The notes below the pieces were generated by a model, which was given only the letters and a program-made list of their open reading frames with translations, did no database searches and was not told the origin of the DNA. Both the position numbers and the translations under genes were made by a program. This document shows positions 43,811 through 53,430 of a DNA stretch of 64,000 nt, piece after piece. The first letter of the stretch is position 1, and every line of letters starts with the position of its first letter. Source of the DNA: Candidatus Limnocylindria bacterium (GTDB taxonomy: Bacteria; Chloroflexota; Limnocylindria; QHBO01); contig DASTTX010000102.1 of NCBI GenBank assembly GCA_035759945.1, forward strand, positions 2,027 through 66,026. The letters are read 5' to 3'.

Positions 43811-44293
43811 CTAGCCGACGAGCACGGCTCGATTCGGGCCGACGACGGCGACGCGCGCCTCGTGCACCGCCCCATCCGCATCGGTCAGGTGGTACCGATG
43901 CTCGATCCGCGCGACGGCCGACATCATGGCGTTGACCGGGCAGTACTGCGTCGCCGACAGCTCGATGGACCGCCGCAACGGCTCGGGCGCCACGTTCCCG
44001 GCCACCCGGTGCAGCACCACAATGTCGGTGTAGACCTTCGGATGCTCGTCGGCCGAGTCGGCCGTCACGTCGACCTCGTAGCTCGTCGCCGACTGGCGCT
44101 TCTTGCGCAGGATGCTGGCGACGTCCATCGCGGTGCAGCCGGCCAGCGCAGCCAGCATCGTCTCCTTCGGCCCTGCCGCGGTGTCGCCGCCGTGCGGCGG
44201 GTCGGCGTCCATCACCACGGCGTGTCCCTCCGCAGTGCGGGCGTCGGTTCGGCTCCGCTCGGGATCGACGACGGCGTGGATGCGAGTCGGCAT
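43811..44293 (-). CDS. OsmC/Ohr-family peroxiredoxin-like protein
   Basis: 160 aa with the OsmC pattern (LAALAGCTAMDVASIL...ATQYCPV). Confidence 0.75.
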   Translation of the reverse strand: MPTRIHAVVDPERSRTDARTAEGHAVVMDADPPHGGDTAAGPKETMLAALAGCTAMDVASILRKKRQSATSYEVDVTADSADEHPKVYTDIVVLHRVAGNVAPEPLRRSIELSATQYCPVNAMMSAVARIEHRYHLTDADGAVHEARVAVVGPNRAVLVG

Positions 44294-44325
44294 GCTGCCA
44301 GCCTAGCCCAGGGAGGCACTCCCCG

Positions 44326-45081
44326 ATGCGCGTGATCAGGCCACAGTCGCTGGTTCCGGGCGCTCGTCGCCGGTCGATCCTGCTTGCCGCGTCGATGCTC
44401 GCCGTCGGGCTGCTGGCCATCGAGCTGGCCGCCCTTGGCGTGAGCTCGACGGCCGCTGCCGCGCTGATGGGCGCCACCGCCGCGCTCGGCCTCGGCGTCG
44501 GGTCGGCGTGGCTCATGCGGGCGGTGCGTCCGGATCGGTCACGAGCGATGGCCGAGGCTCTGACCTCGCTCCTGACCAACGTGTTCGACGACACCTACAC
44601 GCTGATCGTGACCCCGCTGCTGCCGGTGCGCGACCAGGCGCGGCTCGACGGCATCCTGGTCGGCCCCGGCGGAATCCGGGTCCTCACCGCGCGGGACTGG
44701 GAGGGCCGCTATCGGCTCCGCGGACGGACCTGGGAATTTGACGCGCGCGGACGGCGCGGCTGGATCCGATGCCGCACCAATCCGACCTTCGACGCCATCG
44801 CCCTGTGCGACGCGGTCGTGCGCTGGGCAAAGGAGGCCGGCCTTCCGGACGTCGCGATCCAACCGGCCGTCGCGTTTCCACGGTCGCACTCCCGGATCGT
44901 CCTGGAGGAGCCCGATGGCGAGGTGATCACGACCGAGAACGCGCCGTGGTGGGCCAACACGATCGGGCGCGTCCGGCGCGTGGACCCCGCCACCTCGGCG
45001 CGCGTGCTGGAGGCGGTGCTCGACGCCGCCGAGCGCGCCACCCACATGCGGCCCGCGGTCGTCTCCGGCCAGCCCCGCTAG
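44326..45081 (+). CDS. NERD (nuclease-related domain) protein with an N-terminal membrane anchor
   Basis: N-terminal TM helices, then a NERD-like block TLIVTPLLPV...DGILVGPGGIRVLTARDWEGRY. Confidence 0.5.
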   Translation: MRVIRPQSLVPGARRRSILLAASMLAVGLLAIELAALGVSSTAAAALMGATAALGLGVGSAWLMRAVRPDRSRAMAEALTSLLTNVFDDTYTLIVTPLLPVRDQARLDGILVGPGGIRVLTARDWEGRYRLRGRTWEFDARGRRGWIRCRTNPTFDAIALCDAVVRWAKEAGLPDVAIQPAVAFPRSHSRIVLEEPDGEVITTENAPWWANTIGRVRRVDPATSARVLEAVLDAAERATHMRPAVVSGQPR

Positions 45082-45683
45082 GCGCCGGGCTCCGCGTCGC
45101 CGCGCAACCACGCCGCGGCGGTCGTCTCGTCAAGCACATCGGCCAGCAGCTCGTCCGGATGCTCGTCGTCCGCGACGAGCAGGACGTGGGCACGGTCGCG
45201 GCGCAGCGCCAGGGCGGCGACGCTGCGCTCGAGCTCCGGATAGGCGCCCGAGACCAGGGTTGCGTCGGTCATGGGCATGAAGCGGTCCGGGACGTTGAGC
45301 AGGCCGTCCACCGGCCGGCTGCCGGCCGGAACGTGGATCGATCCCGTCAGTCGCAGTGGCGGAATCGAGAGCTGTGCACGCACGGCGCGCTTCGGGATGC
45401 GCATGTCGCCGCCCGACGCACCGCCGAGATCCGGGGCGATCATCACCAGGATCTCGTCGACGGCCACCAGCGCCGACGGGGCGCCGATGGTCGACATGGC
45501 ATCCGCATACTCGCTCACCGTCGCGTGATCAACCGTCAGGTGCGAGCCGCTCTGCTGGTTCAGGATCTCGGCAACCCGCGTGAAGCGCGTCCGCACGGTG
45601 CCCGAGATTCGGTACGCCGCCGTGTAGACGTCGACCTTGACCTCCGCCAGGTTGCTGAAGCTGTCCATGCCGAACGGGTTCAT
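45078..45683 (-). CDS. Hypothetical protein (201 aa), downstream of the ATP-dependent DNA ligase
   Basis: Intact ORF on the same strand as the ligase, 55 nt downstream of it. No family recognised. Confidence 0.4.
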   Translation of the reverse strand: MNPFGMDSFSNLAEVKVDVYTAAYRISGTVRTRFTRVAEILNQQSGSHLTVDHATVSEYADAMSTIGAPSALVAVDEILVMIAPDLGGASGGDMRIPKRAVRAQLSIPPLRLTGSIHVPAGSRPVDGLLNVPDRFMPMTDATLVSGAYPELERSVAALALRRDRAHVLLVADDEHPDELLADVLDETTAAAWLRGDAEPGA

Positions 45684-45738
45684 CGTCTGCGCATGCTACC
45701 CGCGAGCGCCGCATGATCGCTGCGCGTGTTCGCGTCGC

Positions 45739-47466
45739 CTACGCCTCGGCCTCACCGGTGGCGGCGATCCGCTCCGTCTCGCCCCGGGCGCCGGTGGCGA
45801 GGAGGATGCGCCCGGTGGCCTGCTCGCCGAACAGCGCCTCCACGGTGTCGAGGGTGTCGATCTCGGCGGGGGTCTTGTCGTCGCGGATCCGCACGATCCG
45901 CGGGAAGCGCATCGCGAAGCCCGATCTGTGCCGGGACGAGCGCATGATCCGATCGAAGGCGATCTCGACGACGACCTCCGGGACGACCGTCCGATAGCGT
46001 CCGAAGTCCTGAAGCGTGATGCCCTTGAAGCGCTCGGTCATCTCCGCGATCTCGGCATCGGTCAGCCCGGTGTAGGCCTTGCCGATGGTGAGCAGGCGCG
46101 CGTCGGGCGCATCGGTCTCGCGCACCGCGAACGTGTAGTCCGACAGCACGCCACGGCGCTTGCCGTGGCCCCATTCGACACCGACAACCACGCAGTCAAG
46201 CGTCGCGAGCGCCTTCTTGAGCTTCAGCCACCCCAGGCCGCGCCGGCCGGGCTGATAGGTCGAGCGGGGGTCCTTGACCATCAGGCCCTCGTTCCGGCGC
46301 TCGCGCGCGTCGTCGAAGTGCCGGTCGACCTCCTGCGCCGACCGCGCCGTGTCGAGGTGCGACAGCAGCATCCGCTCCGCCGTTCGCTCCGGCAGGCCGA
46401 GTGCCTCGAGCGCGGCGCGGCGCTCGCGCAGCGGAACCTCGAGCAGGTCGACGCCGCGATGGTGCAGCAGATCGAAGGCGACCAGCACGACCGGCACCTC
46501 CGCCAGCAGCGCCTTCGACGGCCGCACCCGGCCGAGCCGCGTCTGCAGCGACGCGAAGTCGAGGACCGATCCCTCCCGCCACGGCACGAGCTCACCGTCG
46601 ATCACCAGCGGCGCCTCGTCGCGCAGCGTGCCGACCGCCTCGGCGATCTCCGGGAAGGAGCGGGTGACGTCGTTCAGGTCGCGGCTGAACAGCTGCGCGC
46701 TTCCCTTGGCACCGACGTGCAGCTGCGCCCGGATGCCGTCGTACTTGTCCTCGATCCACGCCTCGTGGCCGACCCGCTTCATGACCTCGGCCGCGTCCGC
46801 CACGGGCGATGCGAGCATGAAGCGGATCGGTCGCCCGACGTGAAGCCGGGCGTCCGCCAGGCTGCCGGAGCGTGCGAGCCGTGCGGTCTCGCCGATCTCG
46901 CCGGTCAGCATGTGCGCGCGCCGCACGTCGTCCAGCGGCGCGTCGAAGGCCGCCGCGACCGCCTCCTCGAGCAATCCCTCGCGCAGCCCGATGCGCGTCT
47001 CGCGCGAGGCGACGCGTCCGATGAAGCGCGCCTCCTCCGCATCGGCACGGCGGAACAGGTCGGTCATGCGCGCCACTCGGTCGTCGGCCGATGAGGCCGA
47101 TGCGATCGCGGCGAAGGCGTCCGCCACGTCGCCCACCCTGAGCCCGTCCGGCGAGCGCGCCGTCAACAGCTCGGCGGCCGCGTCGCCGAAGTCCGAATGG
47201 CGCAGGTAGGCAGCCCGGATGGCGTCGGCGTCGGCACCGCTTGCGGCCGCCAGCGCGGCGCCCTGCTGGACCCAACCGATGCCGAGCTTGGCCGTCGGAT
47301 CGATCAGCGGCCGGCCGGCGAAGAAGACCGTCGCCGCGGCCAGGTCAGTCTCCGGCAGGTCGCGAAGGTATGCCGCGAGCAGGTCGCGCTTCGCGTTCTT
47401 GCTGCGCGTGGCGCCGACCGCCGCGGCCGTGCGGGCGAGGTCGGCGAACGGGCTGGAGGCGGCCAT
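45739..47466 (-). CDS. ATP-dependent DNA ligase (LigB/LigC-type, with an N-terminal DNA-binding domain)
   Basis: Motif I EDKYDGIRAQLHV with the catalytic Lys. 575 aa with DBD, adenylation and OB domains. Confidence 0.85.
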   Translation of the reverse strand: MAASSPFADLARTAAAVGATRSKNAKRDLLAAYLRDLPETDLAAATVFFAGRPLIDPTAKLGIGWVQQGAALAAASGADADAIRAAYLRHSDFGDAAAELLTARSPDGLRVGDVADAFAAIASASSADDRVARMTDLFRRADAEEARFIGRVASRETRIGLREGLLEEAVAAAFDAPLDDVRRAHMLTGEIGETARLARSGSLADARLHVGRPIRFMLASPVADAAEVMKRVGHEAWIEDKYDGIRAQLHVGAKGSAQLFSRDLNDVTRSFPEIAEAVGTLRDEAPLVIDGELVPWREGSVLDFASLQTRLGRVRPSKALLAEVPVVLVAFDLLHHRGVDLLEVPLRERRAALEALGLPERTAERMLLSHLDTARSAQEVDRHFDDARERRNEGLMVKDPRSTYQPGRRGLGWLKLKKALATLDCVVVGVEWGHGKRRGVLSDYTFAVRETDAPDARLLTIGKAYTGLTDAEIAEMTERFKGITLQDFGRYRTVVPEVVVEIAFDRIMRSSRHRSGFAMRFPRIVRIRDDKTPAEIDTLDTVEALFGEQATGRILLATGARGETERIAATGEAEA

Positions 47467-47513
47467 TGGACCTGCGAGTCTAGGCGTGCACGGCGACCCT
47501 CGGTAGGATCCGG

Positions 47514-47882
47514 GTGATGCGCTCGCTGCTTGCCCGGCTCGACCGCCTGAGCTGGATCGTCATCGGCGCCGGCCTGGTCGTCGGCATGCTCTGGGTCCTG
47601 GTGCTGCCGCTCGGCATCGCGTTGAGCGGCATCGCCGGGCTGTTCAGCCTCATCGTGCTCGGATTCAGAGGGCGGTGGCTCGAGATCGGCCTGCTGCTGG
47701 TGGCCATCGGCCTCGTGCCCCTCCTCGCCTATCGCTGGTTCGGCGCGCCTCTCGTGGATGGCTTGGGCCCGGACGAGCTGTCGATGGAGCTGATGGCGCC
47801 GGGCGCGGCGTATGTCTTCTTCGTCATCGGCCTCGCCATCACGCTCGCCGCCGGCCTGCTGCTCCGCCGGCGTTCCTCTTGA
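47514..47882 (+). CDS. Hypothetical membrane protein (4 TM)
   Basis: 122 aa hydrophobic ORF. Confidence 0.4.
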   Translation: MMRSLLARLDRLSWIVIGAGLVVGMLWVLVLPLGIALSGIAGLFSLIVLGFRGRWLEIGLLLVAIGLVPLLAYRWFGAPLVDGLGPDELSMELMAPGAAYVFFVIGLAITLAAGLLLRRRSS

Positions 47883-47913
47883 CCGCGGCCGCCTTCGCGC
47901 CGATGCTGCCGGC

Positions 47914-48519
47914 ATGGTCTTCCCCTGGCAGAAGCGCAACGTTCCACCCGAGCTGGCCGATCGGGTGCCGCCCGGCCAGGTCCTGACGGACAAGTTCCCG
48001 GTCCTCCACTTCGGCCGCGTGCCGTCCTACGGCGACCTGTCGGGCTGGGACTTCCGGGTCTGGGGTGAGGTCGAGGAGCCCTTCAGCTTGCGCTGGGCGG
48101 AGTTCCGCAGCCTGCCGGTCGCCGAGCTCACGACCGACATCCATTGCGTCACGCGCTGGTCGAAGCTCGACACCCGCTGGGAGGGCGTCGCGTTCTCCCA
48201 CATCGCCGAGGTGGCGCGGCCGAAGCCGTCGGCCCGGTTCGTGATCTTCCACGCCGAGGGCGGCTTCACCTCGAACGTGCCGCTCGCGACCGCCATGCGG
48301 CCGGAGTGCATCCTGGCCTGGTCGTACGACGGCGAACCACTGACCGCCGAGCATGGTTATCCGCTCCGCGCGATCGTGCCCGGCACTTACTTCTGGAAGA
48401 GCGCCAAGTGGCTCCGCGGCGTCGAATTCACCGCCGCGGACCAGCCGGGCTTCTGGGAGCGCAACGGCTACAACAACGACGCCGATCCGTGGAAGGAGGA
48501 GCGCTACTCGCGCTCCTGA
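47914..48519 (+). CDS. Sulfite-oxidase-like molybdopterin oxidoreductase domain protein (small bacterial form)
   Basis: Start MVFPWQKR (ATG at 47914). HCVTRWSKLDTRWEGVAF and GYPLRAIVPG motifs of the Oxidored_molyb fold. Confidence 0.6.
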   Translation: MVFPWQKRNVPPELADRVPPGQVLTDKFPVLHFGRVPSYGDLSGWDFRVWGEVEEPFSLRWAEFRSLPVAELTTDIHCVTRWSKLDTRWEGVAFSHIAEVARPKPSARFVIFHAEGGFTSNVPLATAMRPECILAWSYDGEPLTAEHGYPLRAIVPGTYFWKSAKWLRGVEFTAADQPGFWERNGYNNDADPWKEERYSRS

Positions 48520-48785
48520 TCGGCGCCGCTGGCGCGCTCGTCCATGCCCTTGGCGCGCGCGATCAGCTCCGCGACGCGCCGTCCGCCCTTGCGGCCGATC
48601 TCCCGGAAATGCTCGTTCGAGTACCGCTCGCTGACGGCCTTGCCCCCTTTGGCGCCGATCTCCTGGAAAAACTCGGCACCGTATCGGGCGCGCGTGGTCT
48701 TGCCACCCTTGCGACCGGCCTCGCGCACGCTCATGTTGCCTTCGTCGGTGGAGCCGGTCTGGTCGGCGCTCCGGCGCTCCGCCAT
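48504..48785 (-). CDS. KGG-repeat general stress protein
   Basis: Start MAERRSADQ (ATG at 48785). Three KGG repeats (GRKGGKT, GAKGGKA, GRKGGRR) as in Con-10/YciG stress proteins. Confidence 0.7.
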   Translation of the reverse strand: MAERRSADQTGSTDEGNMSVREAGRKGGKTTRARYGAEFFQEIGAKGGKAVSERYSNEHFREIGRKGGRRVAELIARAKGMDERASGADQERE

Positions 48786-48869
48786 GAGGCGCCTCCTCTG
48801 CTTCGTTCGAATGCTTCTGGGCCAAGCAAGCGAAAGCAAGTTACGTACCGCGGCTAGAATGGCCGGCCG

Positions 48870-49181
48870 ATGCATCCGCTCCTGCGCAACGTCGTGATCG
48901 GGATCGTGGGCCTGATCATTGCCGGCGCCCTCACCGCACTCGCCCTCCTCGGCAGTGACTCCGACCTGTCGGTCCTGGCGCTGCTCGCGGCCGGCGTCCT
49001 CGGCACGCTCGTCGGCCTGTTTCTGTACTCGCAGGGCTGGGTCTGGGGCAGCCGCGCCGCTCAACGGCGCGAGACGGGCCAGTCGGTGCTGATCGCCGTC
49101 GGCGGCGGCGTGATGGTGGTGATCGCTGCGGTCGCGCTGGCCGGGCTGCTCGTGCTGATCCTGCTCTTCTATCTCGGCTGA
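48870..49181 (+). CDS. Hypothetical small membrane protein (103 aa, 3 TM)
   Basis: Hydrophobic ORF upstream of tRNA-Glu. Confidence 0.4.
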   Translation: MHPLLRNVVIGIVGLIIAGALTALALLGSDSDLSVLALLAAGVLGTLVGLFLYSQGWVWGSRAAQRRETGQSVLIAVGGGVMVVIAAVALAGLLVLILLFYLG

Positions 49182-49228
49182 TCTCTGCGGGCGCGCTTCG
49201 CTGGTACGATCTCGATTCGTCGCGCGTC

Positions 49229-49305
49229 GCCCCCATCGTCTAGAGGCCTAGGACGCCACCCTTTCAAGGTGGAGATCACCGGTTCGAATCCGGTTGGGGG
49301 CACCA
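49229..49305 (+). tRNA. tRNA-Glu (anticodon UUC), CCA encoded
   Basis: Cloverleaf GCCCCCA / TCGTCTAGAGGCCTAGGACG / CCACC-CTTTCAA-GGTGG / T-arm CCGGTTCGAATCCGG / TGGGGGC-A-CCA. Anticodon loop CUUUCAA. Confidence 0.85.
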
Positions 49306-49346
49306 CGCTCTACCATTGCGCCACGACGCCGTCGAGGGAGCTTCCC

Positions 49347-49661
49347 ATGGCTTGGATCGTCCTCGTCCTTTCCGGCGTGCTCGAGGCCGTGTGGGCAGCC
49401 GCGCTCGACGAGAGCCATGGCTTCAGCCGCCTCGCGCCGACCGCTGTCTTTCTCGCGGCACTCGCGCTGAGCATGGCAGGGCTCGCCTTCGCCATGCGAA
49501 CGATCCCCCTGGGGACCGCCTACGCTGTGTGGGTCGGCATCGGCGCCGTGCTGACGGCCGTCTACGCCATGACCACCGGCCATGAGGTGGCGTCGCTCGC
49601 CAAGGTGGTGCTCCTCGGCGGGATCGTCGTGTGCGTCATCGGCCTGAAGCTAGTGGAATAG
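49347..49661 (+). CDS. sugE: SMR-family small multidrug efflux protein (SugE/EmrE-like)
   Basis: Start MAWIVLVLSGVLEAVWAAAL. 104 aa with 4 TM helices and the conserved membrane-embedded Glu (LEAVWA). Confidence 0.8.
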   Translation: MAWIVLVLSGVLEAVWAAALDESHGFSRLAPTAVFLAALALSMAGLAFAMRTIPLGTAYAVWVGIGAVLTAVYAMTTGHEVASLAKVVLLGGIVVCVIGLKLVE

Positions 49662-49707
49662 CGTCCGCTGGGCGTTCCGCACATGAGCCGATGTGCACGC
49701 GACGGCC

Positions 49708-49887
49708 TCAGATGTGGTTGATCTCGACCCGATCCCCGCAGTTGGGGCACCACAGCAGGAGCAGCTTCGGATCCTCGGGCATCGGCCGCCACGAGTAGAC
49801 GTCGGCCTCGGTGATCTGCTCGCCACAGCGCGGGCACTCGTAGCCGAGCTCGAGCCACTGATCGCGTGGGACGTTCTGGCGGCCCAT
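49708..49887 (-). CDS. Hypothetical zinc-ribbon micro-protein (59 aa, two CxxC pairs)
   Basis: Manual translation gives MGRQNVPRDQWLELGYECPRCGEQITEADVYSWRPMPEDPKLLLLWCPNCGDRVEINHI. Not in the ORF track because it is under 60 aa. Confidence 0.45.
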   Translation of the reverse strand: MGRQNVPRDQWLELGYECPRCGEQITEADVYSWRPMPEDPKLLLLWCPNCGDRVEINHI

Positions 49888-49890
49888 GGA

Positions 49891-50334
49891 CTAGCGGCGC
49901 CGATCCGGCGGCGGCGGTGGCGCCCAGCCCGGCTTCGGACCCGCTGGCGCATCTCCGGCCCCGTCGGCGGCGGCGATGGCCGCGCGCGTCTCGTCGGCCT
50001 TGGCCGATGGACGAATCAGCGGATACGACATGGCCGCGTAGCCCGGCCAGAAGCCGACATCGCCGTCGCGGATCATGACCTGGGTCCTGCTGAAGGCCCC
50101 GGTGACGTCGCGGACGGATCGGTCCATCACCTGGAGGTCGCGACCGGTGACCTGCTTCAGCGCCGGCGGAAGGGTCTCGACCAGGTACGCCGGGTTGGGG
50201 TCGGTCGCGAACGCCAGCTCCAGCGCCTCGACGACCTGCTCATCGGGCAGATCACGAGGGAGCGGACGGCTGATGTAGGCCATGCGCGGATCGCGGCTTG
50301 GCCCGCGGAAGGTGCGGACGAGCGACTTCAGCAT
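49891..50334 (-). CDS. Hypothetical protein (about 148 aa), divergent from galU
   Basis: Only the C-terminal part of the 455 aa ORF is plausible, with a start at ATG 50334 or 50283; the upstream part is antisense to galU. Confidence 0.35.
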   Translation of the reverse strand: MLKSLVRTFRGPSRDPRMAYISRPLPRDLPDEQVVEALELAFATDPNPAYLVETLPPALKQVTGRDLQVMDRSVRDVTGAFSRTQVMIRDGDVGFWPGYAAMSYPLIRPSAKADETRAAIAAADGAGDAPAGPKPGWAPPPPPDRRR

Positions 50335-50496
50335 CGGAATCGCGATTGTACCCGGCCGACCCGGCGTGGGTGGCTGTGACGGGTTTGGGTATACTTGCGT
50401 CCCCTGTGAGGAACCCAATCGCGGCTTCGCTGCGCTCCGCATGAGCAGCCCCATCGCCGCGCGTTCGACCACGCAACAAGGAGCCCTCTGATCACC

Positions 50497-51369
50497 GTGC
50501 GCGTCCGAAAGGCCGTCCTGCCCGCCGCGGGGTTCGGCACCCGATTCCTCCCCGCGACCAAGGCAATCCCCAAGGAGATGATGCCGCTCGTCGATCGGCC
50601 GATCATCCAGTACGCGGTCGAGGAAGCGGCAGCATCCGGGATCGAGCAGATCATCATCGTCATCGCCACCGGGCGCAGCGCCATCGAGGACCACTTCGAC
50701 TCGAACGCCAGCCTGGAGCGGTGGCTGGAGGACCGCGGCGACATCGACATGCTGCGCACGATCCGCCGCATCAGCGAGTTCGGGACCGTCGCCTTCGTCC
50801 ACCAGCGCGAGCAGCTCGGCCTCGGCCACGCCGTGCTGATGGCCAAGGACCTCGTGGGCGATGAGCCCTTCGCGGTAATCCTGTCCGACGACGTGATGCT
50901 CAACCCCTCCGGCGAGCCGGTGACCCGGCAGCTGATCGACGCGCACGTCACCCACCGCGGCTCGGTCATCGCCGTCCAGCGCGTCGACCGCCAGGACGTG
51001 ACGCGCTACGGGATCATCGATCCGCTGCACGAGGAAGGGCGCCTCGTCGAGATTCGCAACCTGGTCGAGAAGCCGTCGGTCGAGGACGCGCCGTCCGACC
51101 TCGCCGTGCTCGGACGCTACGTCCTGACGCCGAAGATCTTCGACGTCCTGGAGCAGACCAGCCGTGGCGCCGGAGGCGAGATCCAGTTGACCGATGCGAT
51201 CCGCACCCTCATCGGCGAGCAGCCCGTCTTCGGCTACCAGTTCGAGGGCACGCGCCACGATGCGGGGACCCGTCTCGGCTGGTTGAAGGCGAACGTCGCG
51301 GTGGCGCTCGAGTCGGAGGACGCCGACGAGTTCCGGGCCTACATCCGCGGACTCGACCTGCGAGACTGA
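50497..51369 (+). CDS. galU: UTP--glucose-1-phosphate uridylyltransferase
   Basis: KAVLPAAGFGTRFLPATKAIPKEMMP nucleotidyltransferase motif. AAGGAG RBS before a GTG start. Confidence 0.9.
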   Translation: MRVRKAVLPAAGFGTRFLPATKAIPKEMMPLVDRPIIQYAVEEAAASGIEQIIIVIATGRSAIEDHFDSNASLERWLEDRGDIDMLRTIRRISEFGTVAFVHQREQLGLGHAVLMAKDLVGDEPFAVILSDDVMLNPSGEPVTRQLIDAHVTHRGSVIAVQRVDRQDVTRYGIIDPLHEEGRLVEIRNLVEKPSVEDAPSDLAVLGRYVLTPKIFDVLEQTSRGAGGEIQLTDAIRTLIGEQPVFGYQFEGTRHDAGTRLGWLKANVAVALESEDADEFRAYIRGLDLRD

Positions 51370-51374
51370 CGCGC

Positions 51375-53021
51375 GTGGAGATGATGGGGAGGCTGATCAG
51401 CGGCCGCTACCGACTGATCGCACCGCTCGGTGAGGGCGGCATGGCCACCATCTGGCGGGCCGTCGACGAGCAGCTCGATCGCGAGGTCGCGGTCAAGATC
51501 CTGCGCCCGCAGTTCAGCGCCGACGCCGGCTTCGCCGCCCGCTTCAAGCAGGAGGCACGGTCCGCCGGCGGCCTGAGCCACCCCAACATCGTCAGCGTCT
51601 ACGACTACGGCACCGACGGCGCCGATGGCGAGCAGTACATCGTCATGGAGCTCGTCGAGGGGCGGGACCTGTCGACGATCCTCCACGAGCGCGGCGCGCT
51701 CTCGACCGACGACGCGGTGCGGGTCGCCATCGGCGTGGCGAGTGCGCTGGAGGTGGCGCACCGCAAGGGCATCGTCCACCGCGACGTGAAGCCGGGCAAC
51801 ATCCTCATCACCGATGCGGGCGACGTGAAGGTCACCGATTTCGGGATCGCTCGCGCGGTGAGCGAGGCGTCGATGACGGTCACCGGCACCACGCTGGGAT
51901 CGGTCCATTACTTCAGTCCTGAACAGGCGCGCGGCGACGAGGTCACCGGCGCGTCCGACGTGTATGGCCTCGGCATCGTGCTGTACGAGATGCTCACCGG
52001 CCGCCGCCCGTTCGAGGCGGAGTCCGCCGCCGCGGTCGCGCTCAAGCGGCTGAGCGAGGATGCGCCGCGGCCGAGCGCGATCGGGTACGCCCTGCCGCCC
52101 GGCCTGGAGTCGATCCTGATGCGCGCCCTGGCGCGCGACCCCGCCGAACGCTTCCCCGATGCCGGCGCGTTCGCCGAGGCGCTGCGCGTCTGGCGCCGGA
52201 ATCCCGACGCGGCAGCTCCGTTGGCCGCCGGCGCCGCCACCGCGGCCACGGTCGCCGGCACGCCACCCGCCGGCGAGCCCACGGTCTACGTCCCGCCGCG
52301 CGTTACGCGACCCGCCGATCGCGTGCCGGTCGCGCCCGCCCAGCGCCGCGTCGATGTCTACGAGCGCGACCGTGACGGGGGTCAGCCGTGGTGGATGTGG
52401 CTGTTGGCCGTCCTCGGCGTGTTCCTACTCGGCGCCATCGGCTTCCTGGCGGTGCAGCTGTTCAGCGACGGCACGCCATCGGCGAGCCCGACTCCCAGCG
52501 CCGCGCTCGTCACCGTCCCGAACTGCGGGGACCGGCCGCTCACCGCCGTGCGCAGCGAGCTCATCGACCTTGGCTTCGAGCCTGACGAGGAACGCGAGAA
52601 CTCCGACGAGGTCGACGAGGGGAACGTCATCCGCTGCGAGCCCGCCACCGGCGACTCGATCGCCGAGGGCTCGACCGTCACCGTCTTCGTCTCGAGCGGC
52701 GAAGAGCAGGTGGCAGTCCCGCCGCTGCGGGGCCAGACGCTGGATCAGGCCGAGCGGACGCTCCAGCGCGAGCAGCTCGCGCTCGGCACCGTCACCCGGG
52801 AGCCCGATGCCTCCGTCCCGGAGGGCTCGGTCATCCGCAGCGACCCGCCCGAGGGGAACGACGTCGCAGTCGGCAGCCACGTCAACCTGGTGATCAGCAC
52901 CGGACCGACGCCGTCGCCCACACCATCGCCGACGCCCGTTCCGACGCCGACTCCCGTTCCCACGCTGCCGCCCACGCCAACTCCGATACCGGTGCCAACT
53001 GACACACCCCCGCCACCGTGA
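51375..53021 (+). CDS. Ser/Thr protein kinase with a C-terminal TM segment and extracellular PASTA domains (PknB-like)
   Basis: Kinase subdomains (GEGGMATIW, VAVKIL, HRDVKPGNILI, DFGIAR), then a TM segment, two PASTA-like repeats and a Pro/Thr-rich tail. Confidence 0.85.
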   Translation: MEMMGRLISGRYRLIAPLGEGGMATIWRAVDEQLDREVAVKILRPQFSADAGFAARFKQEARSAGGLSHPNIVSVYDYGTDGADGEQYIVMELVEGRDLSTILHERGALSTDDAVRVAIGVASALEVAHRKGIVHRDVKPGNILITDAGDVKVTDFGIARAVSEASMTVTGTTLGSVHYFSPEQARGDEVTGASDVYGLGIVLYEMLTGRRPFEAESAAAVALKRLSEDAPRPSAIGYALPPGLESILMRALARDPAERFPDAGAFAEALRVWRRNPDAAAPLAAGAATAATVAGTPPAGEPTVYVPPRVTRPADRVPVAPAQRRVDVYERDRDGGQPWWMWLLAVLGVFLLGAIGFLAVQLFSDGTPSASPTPSAALVTVPNCGDRPLTAVRSELIDLGFEPDEERENSDEVDEGNVIRCEPATGDSIAEGSTVTVFVSSGEEQVAVPPLRGQTLDQAERTLQREQLALGTVTREPDASVPEGSVIRSDPPEGNDVAVGSHVNLVISTGPTPSPTPSPTPVPTPTPVPTLPPTPTPIPVPTDTPPPP

Positions 53022-53097
53022 ACCGGCGCCTCGTCCAGGGGCCGGTGCTAGCATGAACGTGAGCTCGTAATCCAACCTTTGGAGGGACGTTTCCCGC

Positions 53098-53430
53098 ATG
53101 GCCACCATCGCACCGATCACGGTCGATGAAGGGAGCTTCGAAACCGAAGTACTGAACGCCGAGAAGCCCGTGCTCGTCGACTTCTGGGCACCGTGGTGCG
53201 GCCCCTGCCGCCTCGTATCGCCCGTCGTCGAGAGCCTCGGTGAGAAGCACGGCGACAAGATCGCGGTCGCCAAGGTCAACACCGATGAGAACCAGCAGCT
53301 GGCGATGCGCTACAGCATCTTCAGCATCCCGACGCTGATCGTGTTCCAGAACGGCCGTGAGGCCGCCCGGCTCGTCGGCTACATGCCCGAGCAGGTGATG
53401 GAGGAACGGCTTCGGCCCTTCCTGGCCTGA
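53098..53430 (+). CDS. trxA: Thioredoxin
   Basis: WCGPC active site. 110 aa. Confidence 0.9.
   Translation: MATIAPITVDEGSFETEVLNAEKPVLVDFWAPWCGPCRLVSPVVESLGEKHGDKIAVAKVNTDENQQLAMRYSIFSIPTLIVFQNGREAARLVGYMPEQVMEERLRPFLA

Noticed and set aside
50335-51258. Upstream two-thirds of the 455 aa minus-strand ORF
   Set aside because: Antisense to galU. Only the portion downstream of 50334 is non-overlapping and plausibly coding.
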